A stretch of DNA of 64,000 nucleotides, from assembly GCA_963816355.1 (NCBI GenBank), contig CAWFKH010000003.1, forward strand, positions 640,001 through 704,000, written 5' to 3'. Positions within the stretch are counted from its first letter, which is position 1. Each line of letters starts with the position of its first letter. Below the pieces are notes generated by a model, which worked only from the letters and a program-made list of their open reading frames with translations, did not search any database and was not told the DNA's origin. This stretch comes from an uncultured Gemmatimonadales bacterium (GTDB taxonomy: Bacteria > Gemmatimonadota > Gemmatimonadetes > Longimicrobiales > RSA9). This document shows positions 63,401-64,000 of this stretch, piece by piece. Made by a program: the position numbers and the translations under genes.

Positions 63401-64000
63401 TCGAGCTCGAGGCGACGCAGGCGCTGATCGGACAGGGCGCGGGCGCTTCGATCGCGACGATCGCGGGCGTGACGAAGCCGGCCGACAGCCCCGCGCTGCC
63501 GACCACCGGCGGCACGGCCCCGACGCTCGCCAACGCGAGCGGCGCGGCCGTGACGCTCGGCAGCGGCAACACGATCCGCGGGGTGGCGCTCGGCGACGCG
63601 TCGACCGCCTCGCTCGCCGGCAGCGGCTTCGGCACGGCGACGCTGGGCGAGGTCTCGATCGCGAACACGACCGGCGGCGCGCTGGACCTGACGAACGGGA
63701 CGCTGTCGGGCGGCGTGTCGGCGACGAGCGCGTCGGGCGGGGCGCACAGCGTGAACCTCGTCAACGTCGCGACGAGCGGCACGTTCGCGCTGGGCAGCGG
63801 CGCGCTCTCCGGCAGCACGGGGGACGCGGTGGTGCTCTCCGGCGGCGCGGGCACGTTAACCTACGGCGGCAGCGTGACGAACGCGGCGGGCCACATCGTC
63901 GCGATCAGCGGCCGCAGCGGCGGCGGGCTCACGCTCTCGGGCAACCTGAGCGAGAGCGGGACGGGGATCCTGGCGCAGAACAACACGGGCGGCGCCTACA
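60460..64000 (+). CDS. Giant surface lipoprotein 2 (Ig-like repeats), runs off the window; absent from the ORF track
   Basis: GAGGA ribosome-binding site; MKRSVRAIALVLPALLLAAVGC lipoprotein signal; frame stays open to 64000; LAFTQQP and PPNAVDD...DVLAND modules, WFVD. Confidence 0.88.
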   Translation, partial: MKRSVRAIALVLPALLLAAVGCQETSAPTTEEAPFLAISDGAQPAGVDGFYFLPPLVMGNPSFSGTFDAGLLDRLKVRVCEMNASHNACGAGSDVAVLDATTDPALTVDAKKENYSVNWTPGVVGFFRVRVLADDGAGEVLLGYFDVQSANRGKDLKHIPPGFYGTVNTSPVPVKFRVETGVRGRVSVTPATHTMLVGESQTYTATVTDLRGAAISGAAVAWTTDPAGVATLSPTSGTTDGSGQTTTSATGVSGATTSVIASSGGVSGSASLTVVAQSPPSAEDDAYTVQAGGALTVPSAGPPALVGLLANDDLGIPTATLVAFTIGLAEFVPGATDQTFDEGTLHVGADGSFVASGLTVAGDHTFTYRIDNAVPPASTATVKITVTPAAAAQLAIATQPSSTAQSGAAFAQQPVVQLQDAFGNAVSQAGVAVTAAIASGGGTLGGTLTANTDASGQAAFTNLSITGTAGPRTLSFSASGLTGATSDAIEVGAGAAAKLAFTQQPTNATAGVAISPAVTVTIQDGAGNTVASTASVTVAIGTNPASGTLSGTKTVAAVGGVATFSDLSIDKAGTGYTLGATSSGLTGATSSAFDIAAAGVASFRVEAAGGGDIGTQSAGTPFNIRVTALDAFGNVAAGFTGTVDVSAAGATLGSGGATTASFTAGVLASHAVNFSSAGDPVTLTATRTGGAETGTSNTFTVQGPPNAVDDTDPTVTAGTSTPGSTIYHIALDATSTDVIDVLANDDLGAPAATTRTFGNVQLNAGTAIGGAVTATAFGGAAVDLGSGGSLAVASDGKVTLTAPTGFTGLITFDYRLQNTAGASDATVTVAVGARPDAVDDTYPTTLIGNVPVNTSTSSHFSVSGNDTGDGLTFNTTPVSTSHGSVTLHADGTFEFAPEAGYSGAAGFTYEVSNGFGADQGAVSLTVGRVIWFVDAAAAAGGDGRLGSALNSLSPLDGAGGAGDVDGAGDAIFLASGSYGALELEATQALIGQGAGASIATIAGVTKPADSPALPTTGGTAPTLANASGAAVTLGSGNTIRGVALGDASTASLAGSGFGTATLGEVSIANTTGGALDLTNGTLSGGVSATSASGGAHSVNLVNVATSGTFALGSGALSGSTGDAVVLSGGAGTLTYGGSVTNAAGHIVAISGRSGGGLTLSGNLSESGTGILAQNNTGGAY
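63678..64000. repeat. Near-identical copy of 57864-58186
   Basis: 323 bp with one mismatch by eye (C58044 vs A63858); still matching at the window edge. Confidence 0.9.

Noticed and set aside
382..63747. Numerous long antisense and alternate-frame ORFs (for example 382-1593, 10574-13657, 15675-18122, 54297-58046, 60412-63747)
   Set aside because: Shadow ORFs typical of high-GC DNA, Arg/Ala/Gly-rich and overlapping genes with clear domain motifs.
57864..64000. Diversity-generating retroelement template/variable repeat pair
   Set aside because: Only one mismatch, both copies are in-frame within genes, and no reverse transcriptase is in the window.

Overview
Very GC-rich bacterial window, probably Gemmatimonadota-like (inferred from protein styles, not demonstrated). 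The assembly carries many single-base frameshifts, probably long-read indels. Four blocks. (1) 1-19 kb: a c-di-GMP/two-component cluster with two hybrid kinases, two REC-HD-GYP proteins, three GGDEF proteins and one GAF-PAS-GGDEF-EAL. It includes motif-degenerate twins of intact enzymes and a three-gene membrane module around a C-terminally anchored DnaJ. (2) 19-24.5 kb: stop-codon-anchored GGAAG-hairpin repeat arrays, two Flp-pilin-like genes, and a lipoprotein plus beta-barrel pair. (3) 24.7-54.1 kb: a glycosylation locus with 12 GT-C-like polytopic membrane proteins in five paralogous families. It also has two polyprenol-phosphate-type GT2s, a GT4, two methyltransferases, a FAD mutase/oxidoreductase-like protein, and a prenyltransferase-repeat plus Tat-DUF362 pair; the central segment is lower in GC. 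(4) 54.3-64 kb: two tandem giant Ser/Thr/Ala/Gly-rich Ig-repeat lipoproteins sharing a near-identical DNA module. Best candidate for an undescribed system: the GT-C array as an extracytoplasmic glycosylation machine, possibly acting on the flanking adhesins and pilins. No rRNA, tRNA, CRISPR or transposase was recognised. All family assignments are by motif recognition; no searches were run.
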